Below, one piece after another: positions 1 to 9,717 of a stretch of 32,000 nucleotides of DNA. A program made the translations under genes and the position numbers. Location of the stretch: contig DAOOUC010000004.1 in NCBI GenBank assembly GCA_035390665.1, positions 1 to 32,000 on the forward strand, given 5' to 3'. Each line of letters starts with the position of its first letter. Position 1 is the first letter of the stretch. The DNA comes from an archaeon (GTDB lineage: Archaea > Iainarchaeota > Iainarchaeia > Iainarchaeales > CSSED10-239). The notes beneath the pieces are model-generated. The model saw only the letters and a list, made by a program, of their open reading frames with translations. It made no database searches and was not told where the DNA came from.

Positions 1-135
1 TGCGATCCCAAAAACTACGATTTAAAGAAATGTTTGTTGTTTTCTTGAGAATTAGGCATATGAAAACTTCAAATTCACAAAATCTACAAATTAAAATCAG
101 AGAATAATTTAGAAAAAAATAAAAAAAGAAAGAAG

Positions 136-2277
136 TTAATTTATACTAACTTCTGTTGTATCTTCTGTGTTAAAGTTGTAAGTTACTATATGGTTGTTTG
201 AAATTGTGTATAACTCGTCACCAATGTACAAAGACCTTAAAAGATTACCATAATCTTGATTGTGTGATAATTTTTCTTTCTTAACAATGTCATCATCTTT
301 TATTTCAAGAACATAGAAATTTGTTTCATTTCCCCTTGTATTGAAGTATTCACTTACTGGAAGAACTATTAAATTGTTCTTTTCAATGTATAAGAATGCT
401 TTGTGATCTTCTTGCACTTGTGTGTAAGAATTCTCTGCAGAAACTTTATAGGTTGCTACTTCTTTTGGATCAGAATAATCTGAAACATCAAACAAGGTCA
501 CTTTTACTCCATCTGTTGAAGTTCCACCCCATTGGTTTTCTTTAGTATCTTGACCAACACCAAGTATTAAAGTATCACTTATTGGATGTAAGTAACTACT
601 ATATCCTGGAATCTTTAGATAACCTAAAACTTCGGGATTTTCTCTGTCACTTAAGTCTATAACAAAGAAAGGATCAATCTGTTTAAAAGTTACTAAAAAC
701 ACTTTATCTCCCATAAACCTTACACTATAGATTCTTTCATCTTTTGCTAAATCATCTAATTTAGAATACTCTTCTAAATCAGAATCAAGAATTACTATTC
801 CACTATTGCTTTTATAATCCTCATCTCTATAAGTAATAGCAACTCTTAAATAACCATCCTTATCTTCATCTAAAGAAAACTGATTTAAAAGTTCTCCTGT
901 AACATAACCTGTTGTTATCTCGCCTAATTTTCCATTTGCTTCTAATTCAATTTTACTAATATTTGTTTTTTGTCTTTCTCTTTGTTTTTCTTGATAGTAT
1001 TTATCTGTTGCTGCGGAAATTTCTTTGTATAGTTCTTCTTTTTCATCTGCCTCTAAAGAATTATAATATTCATTTAATATTTCTTTAAGTTTTTCAGGAT
1101 TTTCTAGGTTATCTTCAATATCTTCTTGAATTGAGTTTGGATAAACGTCTTTGTAAATTGCTTTAAAAACATCTAAATTATCATTATAGTACCCTCTAAA
1201 AAACCAAGGGCCCCAATAATTATTTTCTTTGTGAGCAATATATAAGTTGTCTTCACTCATATAGATTGTACTTGAATAATCAAGTAATAAATCTAAAGAA
1301 TCAATTACAGAATCTTGTGATTCGTCATATTTAATTGTTGTAATTGTATAAATGTTTTTATTATCAGGAGTTCCATCTTTTGGCATTATCATTGTTCTTT
1401 CTGTTGTGCTTATTTTTCCTGCTTTTTCTTCTTTTATTGGACTAATTATTATGTCGTCTAAAAGAATTGGATTAGAATAGAAGAAATTATTTGTGTTTGT
1501 TATTAAATAGATATATCCCTCTTTTAATCTGGATTGATAATATTCTCCATCAACTTCAATTGCACTTAACTTATCTAAACTATCTTCATTTATCTCATAA
1601 GTTGTAACAACTGTTGTTGGAATATAAATCATTTGCGGGTATAACAAAGAACTATCAAACTTTGATTCATTTCTGTATTTTGTTGTTACTAGATATAATA
1701 AATCATCATCTAATAATATTGTTCTAATTGTCTCTTGTGGACCAGTATAATATTCGTAGTTTGTTACTTCTTTTGATATTTCTAAATTGTATATGTCTTC
1801 TAATGGCGGAGTAACATTATTTACAACTACTAATTTATTGTCTTTACCAATAAATATTTTTTCTCCATTTGTTTTTACTATATCTCCTTCATCAATTCCT
1901 CTTACTTGAACATTTGTTGTTGAATAGTCTGTATCTCCCAAGCCTCCTGTTGATTGATCCATTCCTGGAGCAGGTGCATTTGCAACCACGTCCATTGATG
2001 AAGTCATTTCAAGAGTTTTTAAGCCAGATGCTCTTCCTACTGTGGACGAAGAACTTTGTTTTAAAAGAGTTAAAAGATTACTTTTTGTAAGAATCACAAA
2101 TTCAGAATTTTTGTATGGCTTTGGTTCTTCAATACTTATTTGTGTGGTATTTGTATTTGTTGTTGAATTAGTTTTATTGATATTTGCTCCAATAAAGAAC
2201 GAAGCAAAAATACCAATTACTAGTATTCCTATTATTACATATAAAAAATTATTTTTAGTTTTCATTTTTTCCACCAT
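136..2277 (-). CDS. Secreted/membrane-anchored beta-propeller domain protein (COG4880 / Beta_propel-like)
   Basis: N-terminal hydrophobic anchor (NNFLYVIIGILVIGIFASFFIG). The motif TTNVQVRGIDEGDIVKTNGEKIFI is characteristic of archaeal C-terminal beta-propeller proteins. Confidence 0.8.
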   Translation of the reverse strand: MVEKMKTKNNFLYVIIGILVIGIFASFFIGANINKTNSTTNTNTTQISIEEPKPYKNSEFVILTKSNLLTLLKQSSSSTVGRASGLKTLEMTSSMDVVANAPAPGMDQSTGGLGDTDYSTTNVQVRGIDEGDIVKTNGEKIFIGKDNKLVVVNNVTPPLEDIYNLEISKEVTNYEYYTGPQETIRTILLDDDLLYLVTTKYRNESKFDSSLLYPQMIYIPTTVVTTYEINEDSLDKLSAIEVDGEYYQSRLKEGYIYLITNTNNFFYSNPILLDDIIISPIKEEKAGKISTTERTMIMPKDGTPDNKNIYTITTIKYDESQDSVIDSLDLLLDYSSTIYMSEDNLYIAHKENNYWGPWFFRGYYNDNLDVFKAIYKDVYPNSIQEDIEDNLENPEKLKEILNEYYNSLEADEKEELYKEISAATDKYYQEKQRERQKTNISKIELEANGKLGEITTGYVTGELLNQFSLDEDKDGYLRVAITYRDEDYKSNSGIVILDSDLEEYSKLDDLAKDERIYSVRFMGDKVFLVTFKQIDPFFVIDLSDRENPEVLGYLKIPGYSSYLHPISDTLILGVGQDTKENQWGGTSTDGVKVTLFDVSDYSDPKEVATYKVSAENSYTQVQEDHKAFLYIEKNNLIVLPVSEYFNTRGNETNFYVLEIKDDDIVKKEKLSHNQDYGNLLRSLYIGDELYTISNNHIVTYNFNTEDTTEVSIN

Positions 2278-2396
2278 TTTTTAATTATTAATTATAAATA
2301 TAAGAAACAAATTACTTATAAATAGAATTTAATACTTAGGAAAAAACCTAAAAGAAAAAAGATTAAGCAACCAAGCATAGAACAATACACTTTTTG

Positions 2397-2478
2397 GCTG
2401 GGCGCGAGCTCATAGAAACTTTGTTTCTAGGATGCTAAGAAATGCCTTTGGCATTTGTTTAGCACGACCGCAACCGGC
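2397..2478. other. GC-rich multi-hairpin structured element, 3' of the 2480-2812 gene
   Basis: Outer stem GCTGG-GCG (2397-2404) / CGC-AA-CCGGC (2469-2478, one G-U). It encloses TAGAAAC-TTT-GTTTCTA (2413-2429) and TGCTAA-g-AAATGCC-TTT-GGCATTT-gt-TTAGCA (2433-2464). Confidence 0.6.
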
Positions 2479-2479
2479 T

Positions 2480-2812
2480 CTATTTGAATTTTGCTATTCT
2501 TATAACAACATAGATTGAAACAACTAATGCTGCTGGCCCAACAAAGCTTGCAAAGTTAAAGACTACTGCTTGTAAAAATGCACCAATTAGTGGAAGATTA
2601 CCAACAGGTGTTGCACTTGTTGCTATTAAAACTAAGGATGCTATCAAGAATTGATTAGTATCTTTGTCTTTAATATTTAAGAAACCAACAATCAACCCTA
2701 GAACAACTAAAGTAATTGTTACAATGTCTGTGTGTAATGGTATTAAAGCTAAAATTACACAAAAAAATAAACCTGTTAAAAATGCTATTGCACCTATCTT
2801 TTCTATTTTCAT
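2480..2812 (-). CDS. Small multi-pass membrane protein, function unknown
   Basis: 110-aa ORF with 3-4 hydrophobic segments. Confidence 0.65.
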   Translation of the reverse strand: MKIEKIGAIAFLTGLFFCVILALIPLHTDIVTITLVVLGLIVGFLNIKDKDTNQFLIASLVLIATSATPVGNLPLIGAFLQAVVFNFASFVGPAALVVSIYVVIRIAKFK

Positions 2813-2975
2813 TAATTATTACCCCCTAATTATAAATAGAAGATAATATATATTTTTAAATAATTAGTAAATAGGCAGAAAAGAGAAAAGATGAAACTCT
2901 TTATCTCTTTTATATTTTTTTAAGTGCAGAAAAGAGGAAGAAAAAGGTGCTAAATGGGGGTTTTTATAATATCTA

Positions 2976-3431
2976 TTACCTAATTATAAAATACACCTTT
3001 CTTCCTGCTGTTATTTTTTGTAAGTATTTATCTTTTACAAGACTATTTAATCTCTGACTTGCTGCATTTGTTCCCTTGTAACCAAATGCTACTTTTATCT
3101 CTTCAGCATCTGCTCTCTTCTTCTCTCTTATATAACTTATTATCTTATCATCTGTTTCTGATAACATCTTGATATCTAAATTACCTTGTATTTGATTTTG
3201 TGAGAGAGAAAACTGTAACTTGTCATACTTTTCTTGAATATCCTTTAGTATCTTATTGGTCTCTTTTCTTTCTTCAAGTAACTTAAAGACAAGAACTGAA
3301 AGAACCAATGGATCTTTTGTTTTCTCTTGAATATCCATCAAGTCAGATAATCCTAATTCCTTGAATTGTTGACCTAACAATTGCTCAAGGAATATCTTTT
3401 TAGTATCTTGTGTGTTGTCATTATTTGTCAT
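2976..3431 (-). CDS. Putative coiled-coil protein with C-terminal winged-helix-like domain
   Basis: Central coiled coil. The C-terminus LSETDDKIISYIREKKRADAEEIKVAFGYKGTNAASQRLNSLVKDKYLQKITAGRKVYFI resembles a wHTH. Confidence 0.6.
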   Translation of the reverse strand: MTNNDNTQDTKKIFLEQLLGQQFKELGLSDLMDIQEKTKDPLVLSVLVFKLLEERKETNKILKDIQEKYDKLQFSLSQNQIQGNLDIKMLSETDDKIISYIREKKRADAEEIKVAFGYKGTNAASQRLNSLVKDKYLQKITAGRKVYFIIR

Positions 3432-3600
3432 AGTATATCATGATATAGTCATGACTTTGTTTTAAAAGGATCGTGTTTTATTTTTTTAAAGAAATAGTGT
3501 TTTTGGTTAGAATTCCAAACACTGACCTTTTTTTCCCTCAAAAATAGAAGGAATTCATTAAAATTTATGTGTTTTTAATGAATTTATGTATAATTATAAT

Positions 3601-3696
3601 CTAAAATGCCTTAATTTTACTTCTAGCAAGATATATTGTACAAGCAATACATATTGTTAAAACTCCGGAGAATTCCAAAACATCTAAAATCATCAT
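3601..3696 (-). CDS. Candidate 31-aa membrane microprotein
   Basis: ATG ATG start; translation MMILDVLEFSGVLTICIACTIYLARSKIKAF*. Single hydrophobic segment with a positively charged C-terminus. Confidence 0.2.
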   Translation of the reverse strand: MMILDVLEFSGVLTICIACTIYLARSKIKAF

Positions 3697-3819
3697 ATCT
3701 ACCACCAATTTCCCTATATTTAATATACTCTGTATTACTATTACCACTATTATATTAATAAAAGAACTTATTTGTTTTTTAATTTAAAAATAGTTAAAAG
3801 TTTGGAAAGCAAACCAATC

Positions 3820-4899
3820 TTAAAAAACCCTAGATTCTCTTCTTGGAAGCCTAAAGCCATAGCTTCTTGTTTTCTCTAGAATCTTATTTGTTATTAAATC
3901 AATTTCTTGAAGAGTCAAACGACTTCTAATGTCTGCTTCTATTAGAACTGAAGGATAGGTATATTTTGGATTAAATGCAGAAATATTTGATATCATTGTA
4001 ACAATTCTATCTGTATATTCCTTAAGAGAAAAACCAAAATCCTTATAGTAAACAAACTCAATTCTTAAAGGATAATCATTATCAGAAAGCTTTAGATAAC
4101 AACAATAAAGATTATCTCTTATCTCTTCTGGAAAATCTGCAAGTATTGGATGAGATTTTGGATCCTTAGAATATTTAAAAACACCTGTTCTTTGATTCTT
4201 CTCTAGAAGAGAAAAAACAACAAAAGCATCAAACAATTCAAAATCAATCTCTTGATCATTAAATATTTCTGTTTTTAAAATTGAGAAGAATCTATTTGCT
4301 CTACAATCTTCAATACAACCTACAAGAAAAATATTTTTTTCTTTTGTTTCTTTGTAAACTGATAAAAACCTTGAAATTAAATGCTCGTATTTTTTTTTCT
4401 GAGGACAATCCTTTGTTGGCTTGTTTATATATTGGGGGACTATGGAACCGTCGAAGAGGTGGATGTTTGGCTTAGTTTGTCCAAGAATTAGTGAGGAAAC
4501 CTCCAGTTCTTTTTCTAAGCGAGAAATTGAAGTATTCCACATAATCTCTTCTAGTTCAAGAGAAGAACTTGAAAGATAAGGTTTTGGAAGATTGTACATA
4601 TTTGGAAAATACTTATAATCTTTTAGTTCTCCATCCTGGTAATCAAAAAAAACTCCACTCTCTTTTATGATTGTAATATTTACAAAATTAAGTTGTTTTG
4701 ATACAAAACCTGAATCCACACCAGAAGCCTTTAAAGAAAAATTTTCTTCTATTGTGATTGGTTCAATTAATTTTTCTTCAGAGTTATACGGATTTATTTT
4801 GGAAGAAACATTAAATGTTTTTAATCTAGAAATAAATACTTGGTTTTTATTATAACCATTAACCATCTGTTCTATAATAGTATTAATGTCTTGTTCCAT
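3820..4899 (-). CDS. nurA: NurA-family 5'-3' nuclease
   Basis: NurA-like N-terminal catalytic motif ASGVDSGFV, LFDGSIVP, and C-terminal YPSVLIEADIRSRLTLQEIDLI. Confidence 0.7.
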   Translation of the reverse strand: MEQDINTIIEQMVNGYNKNQVFISRLKTFNVSSKINPYNSEEKLIEPITIEENFSLKASGVDSGFVSKQLNFVNITIIKESGVFFDYQDGELKDYKYFPNMYNLPKPYLSSSSLELEEIMWNTSISRLEKELEVSSLILGQTKPNIHLFDGSIVPQYINKPTKDCPQKKKYEHLISRFLSVYKETKEKNIFLVGCIEDCRANRFFSILKTEIFNDQEIDFELFDAFVVFSLLEKNQRTGVFKYSKDPKSHPILADFPEEIRDNLYCCYLKLSDNDYPLRIEFVYYKDFGFSLKEYTDRIVTMISNISAFNPKYTYPSVLIEADIRSRLTLQEIDLITNKILEKTRSYGFRLPRRESRVF

Positions 4900-4901
4900 G
4901 T

Positions 4902-5036
4902 TTATTTCTTTTTTGTTTCTATTTTTTGCAATTCTTTCCTAATGCCTTCTTCTGCGACTTTATTCCAATCAATGTTTGGATATCTGTCCATTGTATCTTT
5001 CATCTTCTGAGGAATTTCAATTGCCCATTCTTTCAT
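4902..5036 (-). CDS. Small (44 aa) ribbon-helix-helix/antitoxin-like protein encoded directly upstream of nurA
   Basis: Translated by hand from the minus strand: MKEWAIEIPQKMKDTMDRYPNIDWNKVAEEGIRKELQKIETKKK*. The 'P.IDWNKVAEEGIRKEL' pattern is RHH-like. Its stop codon is 2 nt from the nurA ATG. Confidence 0.5.
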   Translation of the reverse strand: MKEWAIEIPQKMKDTMDRYPNIDWNKVAEEGIRKELQKIETKKK

Positions 5037-5111
5037 ATTATCACCAATTATATATAATAAATATAATTAATTCTTTATATTACTTTCTAGAGTAGATGTC
5101 CAGTGGGGAAA

Positions 5112-5681
5112 CTACTTTAATTTATATTTTTTTAGAACGGTTATTTTTCCAGAGAACGAAGGATAAAATTTAGCTAGTATGATTTCGGTAACAACCATTT
5201 TTCCAAAATTCTGTGTTTTATATTTTTTGGCTTCTTCTAATATCTTTTGGGAATCAGAAACTATGTGATTTAATGTTATGTGTGGAATATAGTTTGCTTT
5301 TTCAAATTTAGGAAATGAACTTGGAAGTACTTTACAGAATAAGTTATGATAGTTATGTAATTTTTTATTTTTAGAATAAACTTTTGCAATAACTACATTT
5401 GGGAAATTACTTACTCCGTTTACTTCTATTTCAAATGGATTGATTTTATTTATGACAGAATCTATTTGTTTAATATAATATTTAATATCTGTTTGATTTG
5501 GAGAACCATTAAACTGAGTAACTTCTTTTATTGTACAATGAAAACTTTTTTCAGGATAGATATCTTGCTTTGGATCTGCTTGTTTTAATTTTTTAGAAAC
5601 AACTACTAGTTCTTTATTTAAATTTTTACTAGTAAGTAAAATTAAGGCTATAGACCCAGATTTTTTATTCATTTTCTTCAA
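5112..5681 (-). CDS. 2'-5' RNA ligase / 2H phosphoesterase-like protein
   Basis: Two HxT motifs typical of the 2H superfamily: SFHCTIKEV and PHITLNHI. Confidence 0.7.
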   Translation of the reverse strand: MKKMNKKSGSIALILLTSKNLNKELVVVSKKLKQADPKQDIYPEKSFHCTIKEVTQFNGSPNQTDIKYYIKQIDSVINKINPFEIEVNGVSNFPNVVIAKVYSKNKKLHNYHNLFCKVLPSSFPKFEKANYIPHITLNHIVSDSQKILEEAKKYKTQNFGKMVVTEIILAKFYPSFSGKITVLKKYKLK

Positions 5682-5684
5682 CCC

Positions 5685-6581
5685 CTACATCGCATCTAAT
5701 CTTTTTATTCTTTCTTTAATTGGGGGATGTGTTGAGAACAAATTTGCAATTCCCCCCCCCTCTAAAGGATTAGCAATATACATATGTGCTGTTCCTTTGC
5801 TTGCATTCTTTACTGGTTGATTAAAACTGTCAATCTTTCTTAAGGCATCAGCTAAACCTTTTGGATATCTTGTTAGTTTCGCACTTGAACTGTCTGCTAA
5901 ATATTCTCTATTTCTTGAAATTGCAAGTTGTATTAACATTGCTACAAGCGGTGCTAAAATAAGTAAAGCAATACTAATAATTAACCCAACAATATTTTTA
6001 CCATCAGAATCATCACTTCCACCAAATATTAAAACCCTTAAAGCAATGTCTGAAACTATTGAAATAATCCCAAACAGAATTGAAGTTATTGTCATTACTT
6101 CAATGTCTCTATTTTTTATATGGGACATTTCATGAGCAACAACTCCTTCTAATTCTTGTCTAGACATTATTTTTAATAATCCTGTTGTTACTGCTAGACT
6201 TGCATGCTTTGGATCTCTCCCTGTTGCAAAAGCATTTGGGGAATCGTCATCAATAACATAAACTTTAGGTTTTGGAATTCCTGCTGAAATAGAAAGTCCT
6301 TCAACAACATTATTAAGATATTGGTGTCTCTTTGAATCTGCCTCTTGTGCTCCACTTGTTGCTAGAACTATCTTATCTCCTAAGAAATAACCAACAATTC
6401 CATAAATTATAGCAATAATTCCAGCAATAAATAATATTCCAAATCCTGCAAAATTAAAAATATATTTTAAAGCAATTGCAATTAGAAAAATAAATGCAAA
6501 AAAACCCAGAAATAAAAAATATGTTTTAATCTGATTCCTACTACTCTCTGTAAAAAAATCAATCCTTTTTCTTTCTTCCAT
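5685..6581 (-). CDS. htpX: HtpX-family membrane zinc metalloprotease (start re-assigned to MEERKRIDFF)
   Basis: HEMSH zinc motif in ELEGVVAHEMSHIKNRD-type context, GLSISAGIPKPKVYVIDDDSPNAFATGRDP, SRNREYLADSSSAKLT. Confidence 0.93.
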   Translation of the reverse strand: MEERKRIDFFTESSRNQIKTYFLFLGFFAFIFLIAIALKYIFNFAGFGILFIAGIIAIIYGIVGYFLGDKIVLATSGAQEADSKRHQYLNNVVEGLSISAGIPKPKVYVIDDDSPNAFATGRDPKHASLAVTTGLLKIMSRQELEGVVAHEMSHIKNRDIEVMTITSILFGIISIVSDIALRVLIFGGSDDSDGKNIVGLIISIALLILAPLVAMLIQLAISRNREYLADSSSAKLTRYPKGLADALRKIDSFNQPVKNASKGTAHMYIANPLEGGGIANLFSTHPPIKERIKRLDAM

Positions 6582-6656
6582 AATTATCACATCAAAATTA
6601 GTATATATGATTAATAATAATAACATTTAAAAAGAAATACATCTTTAAAAGATTAT

Positions 6657-8042
6657 GTGAATTATATGGTTAATAAATATCTATACTATAATGAAGAATA
6701 CAATAAAATTATAGAAAAACTAGAAAATGATAATTTAGATATAAAAGATATTTCAAATTATATTTTAAATGAAAAAGAAAAAGAAATTATTATTAAAGAA
6801 TTAAAAAAACTTAAGAAACAAAAACCAATAATTCAGAACCTCGAAAGTATAAAGAACACGAAAACTAAATTAAAAGAATATTTAAACAAGGATTTTGCAA
6901 ATTATCTTGTGGATTATTTTTTAGGATACAGACAATTAACTAAATTATTTGATTCTAAAGATATTGAAGAAATAATAATTAATGATTATGATAAGATATT
7001 TATTATAGATCGCGACCAAAATAAAATTTTAACAGGAATTTCTTTTACAGAGAAAGAATATGATAAATTTATTGATGTTTTAATAAATACTGTAAATAAA
7101 AACTTTAATAGAAGAGAATTTATAGACGGAAGTCTTCCAGACAAATCTAGATTAAATATTGTTTCTACAAATGTGTGTGGTTTTCATGCAATAACTATTA
7201 GAAAGTTTACTAGAAAACCATTAACTATAATTGATTTAATTAATTCTGAAACTGTGGATTCTTATACTGCTGCTTATCTTTGGACAATTATTGATGGATT
7301 TAAGATAAGGCCAGCAAACATATTTATCTGTGGGGGAACTGGTTGTGGTAAAACCACTTTTCTTAATGTTTTGTTAGATTTTATAAACAATAAAGAAAGA
7401 ATAATATTAATCGAAGATACCAATGAAATTGATGTATCTAATTTTGAAGACTCTGTTTCTTTATTGTCTGATATTTCAAACGAAAATAGTCTATATGATA
7501 TTACAATTAATACATTAAGAATGAGACCAGATAGAATAATTATAGGAGAAGTAAGAGGAAAAGAAGCACAAGGATTATTTGTTGCAATGGATACTGGGCA
7601 TGACGGTTGTCTTGCAACTCTTCATGCAAACAATAGCGAAGATACCATCAATAAATTATTAAATAAACCTATGGAAATTTCAGAAACAAATATTCCATTA
7701 TTAGATTTAATAATTATATTAAAAAGACAACAAATTAATGGAAAATTAAAAAGAAAAATATCTCAAATTTCTGAAATCACAAAAGTTGGAAATATAAGTT
7801 TAAATCACATATATAAAGAAAATGATGTATCTCAAGCAACAACAAACATAATGCTTTCGCAAGTTGCAGAAAAACTTTGTGAAATTATAAATATTTCAAA
7901 AAATGATTTCAAGAAAATTGTAGAATATAGAGCTGGACTATTAGATGAAATATCTAATTCTAATCCTAAAATTGATAAAGGAGAACTTAAAAAAATACTT
8001 CACAGTATAGAGTTTGATTATAAGACTATTCTAGAAAAATAA
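6657..8042 (+). CDS. Type II/IV secretion system ATPase (CpaF/TadA/FlaI-like)
   Basis: Walker A IFICGGTGCGKTTFLN, RIILIEDTNEI, TLRMRPDRIIIGEVRGKEAQGLFVAMDTGHDGCLATLHAN. Confidence 0.88.
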   Translation: MNYMVNKYLYYNEEYNKIIEKLENDNLDIKDISNYILNEKEKEIIIKELKKLKKQKPIIQNLESIKNTKTKLKEYLNKDFANYLVDYFLGYRQLTKLFDSKDIEEIIINDYDKIFIIDRDQNKILTGISFTEKEYDKFIDVLINTVNKNFNRREFIDGSLPDKSRLNIVSTNVCGFHAITIRKFTRKPLTIIDLINSETVDSYTAAYLWTIIDGFKIRPANIFICGGTGCGKTTFLNVLLDFINNKERIILIEDTNEIDVSNFEDSVSLLSDISNENSLYDITINTLRMRPDRIIIGEVRGKEAQGLFVAMDTGHDGCLATLHANNSEDTINKLLNKPMEISETNIPLLDLIIILKRQQINGKLKRKISQISEITKVGNISLNHIYKENDVSQATTNIMLSQVAEKLCEIINISKNDFKKIVEYRAGLLDEISNSNPKIDKGELKKILHSIEFDYKTILEK

Positions 8043-8095
8043 ATAGATTTATTAAATATAGATATTAATATATAATATATAAATGGTGGTAAAAA

Positions 8096-8623
8096 ATGGC
8101 ATTTAATTTAAAAGAAATATTTAGTAGCAAAAGAAATACAGTTAAAGAAGAAGAAAACAGAAATTTTAATGCAATTCCTGTTTTAGAAAAAACAAATAAG
8201 ATTGATTTAGCAACACTTATCTCTAAAAGATTACAAGTAAATATTGATAAATACATAGATACAGCAAAAATTAATGAAGAAATTGAAAAATACAAACAAA
8301 TGGTCTTTGATTACAAGAAAAGAGGAGCAACAGAAAGACAATTAGAAAATCTTAAAGAAAAGATTGAAGAACTAGTTATTGAAAGGCAAAAAATGGATGT
8401 CTTAATGGAATTATTAAACCAAGACAATCTTGTTAAAACTGCATTTGGTAAGAAAAGACAATCTGAAATTTACACAACATTATTGAATAGATATAAAACA
8501 GGAAGACTATCTTTAATTGAATTTAAAGAAACACTTCAAGATTTATCAATAGTTTTAAAATCTAGAACAGATGACAGAAACGAAACACAAAGACTTGAAG
8601 ACTTTAATGCAAGATTGTTTTAA
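8096..8623 (+). CDS. Coiled-coil hypothetical protein
   Basis: 175-aa charged helical ORF with an upstream GGTGG-type ribosome binding site (atggtggtaaaaaATG). Confidence 0.6.
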   Translation: MAFNLKEIFSSKRNTVKEEENRNFNAIPVLEKTNKIDLATLISKRLQVNIDKYIDTAKINEEIEKYKQMVFDYKKRGATERQLENLKEKIEELVIERQKMDVLMELLNQDNLVKTAFGKKRQSEIYTTLLNRYKTGRLSLIEFKETLQDLSIVLKSRTDDRNETQRLEDFNARLF

Positions 8624-9619
8624 TTATAAAAAATTAGTAATTGTTATTTGGTTAAGGTCTTTTAATGGTCTTGACCAGATGCCTAATTCTTTTGTTATTG
8701 ATTTTGAGAATTCTTCTGCAAAGCCGTGCATTGTATAAACTTGCTTAGGATTAACTTCTCTAACAAATTCTAAAAGATCTTTATAATCACTATGGTCTGA
8801 AATAGGAATACATTTTCCTGAGCGATAGTGTTTCCAGCCAGTTGTTAAATAACTTGATACTTTTCTGTTTTGTTGATGTTCTAAACTTCTAATTAAATCT
8901 TTAGTTATAAGATTCATTGGAACAATTAATATATTGTGAGAATCAATATTGTGATCTAAAAGATCATATTTCCCTAAATTAATTTCAAAGTTTTCATAAA
9001 CTTTTGAAAATTCAAAAGCTTTATTTGTAATTAATGGAGTTTCTTCAAGATATTGATTTACAAATTTAATTAATTCTTGAGTCTTTCCTAGAGTGTACGC
9101 CCCAATTAATATTAATCTATTCTTTGAAATGTCTTTCTTTAACAGTTCAGCAAAATCAGAGTAGGTTTCTTCAACATCAGGAAAATTAAATTCTTTTCTA
9201 CCAAAGGTAGTTTCCATAATTAATACATCTGCTTGTCTTGGAAGTGCCCCAGAAAAAAGCAAAGAATCTCTTGCTCTAAAATCTCCTGTGTAAAGTACGG
9301 TGTTGTCTTTACTTTCAAAGTAAAACATCTTGCTACCCAAAATGTGTCCAGCATTAAGCGCTTGTACTTTTATGTTGTCTGTTAAATCTTGTGGTGCACA
9401 ATTAAGAAAAGAATAATCTAACTCTCTTGAAGTTTGAAGACCAATCAAAGCACTAGTTTCTTTTGTTGTAAATGTTTTTTGATTAGATATTGAAACATGA
9501 TCAGAGTGTGCGTGTGTTATTATATTATAATCGTCTTGTGATCCTATTTTTCCTTGATCTACATTTGCTTTTTGATTGTTGTCTATTATTGAAAAGCAAT
9601 TAGTGTAATTTAATTTCAT
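8624..9619 (-). CDS. Metallo-beta-lactamase fold RNA/DNA nuclease (putative mRNA 3'-end processing factor/exonuclease-like)
   Basis: THAHSDHV zinc motif, NAGHILGSKMFYFES, VLYTGDFRARDSLL, and C-terminal SDHSDYKDLLEFV...VYTMHG. Confidence 0.8.
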   Translation of the reverse strand: MKLNYTNCFSIIDNNQKANVDQGKIGSQDDYNIITHAHSDHVSISNQKTFTTKETSALIGLQTSRELDYSFLNCAPQDLTDNIKVQALNAGHILGSKMFYFESKDNTVLYTGDFRARDSLLFSGALPRQADVLIMETTFGRKEFNFPDVEETYSDFAELLKKDISKNRLILIGAYTLGKTQELIKFVNQYLEETPLITNKAFEFSKVYENFEINLGKYDLLDHNIDSHNILIVPMNLITKDLIRSLEHQQNRKVSSYLTTGWKHYRSGKCIPISDHSDYKDLLEFVREVNPKQVYTMHGFAEEFSKSITKELGIWSRPLKDLNQITITNFL

Positions 9620-9717
9620 CTTATATTATTATCCCAACATTATTTTATAAAGATTTAGTTTAGAGGCAAAAAGCAACACATATATAAAGATTTTTTATTA
9701 TAAAATATATACTATTT

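Noticed and set aside
3-107. Possible C-terminal end of a plus-strand gene running in from the left edge
   Set aside because: Two frames are open from the edge (ending near 48 and at 107). Neither has a recognisable motif, and too little sequence is available.
2880-2912. Hairpin AAAAGAGA-AAAG...CTTT-A-TCTCTTTT followed by T-rich sequence, with a nearby GCAGAAAAGAG direct repeat
   Set aside because: It could be a terminator, but the T tract is on the plus strand where no gene ends. It is low-complexity purine/pyrimidine sequence and could be chance.
5749-5762. Run of C residues inside htpX that might indicate a frameshift
   Set aside because: The htpX reading frame continues correctly through the run (EGGGIANLFSTHPPI), so there is no frameshift.
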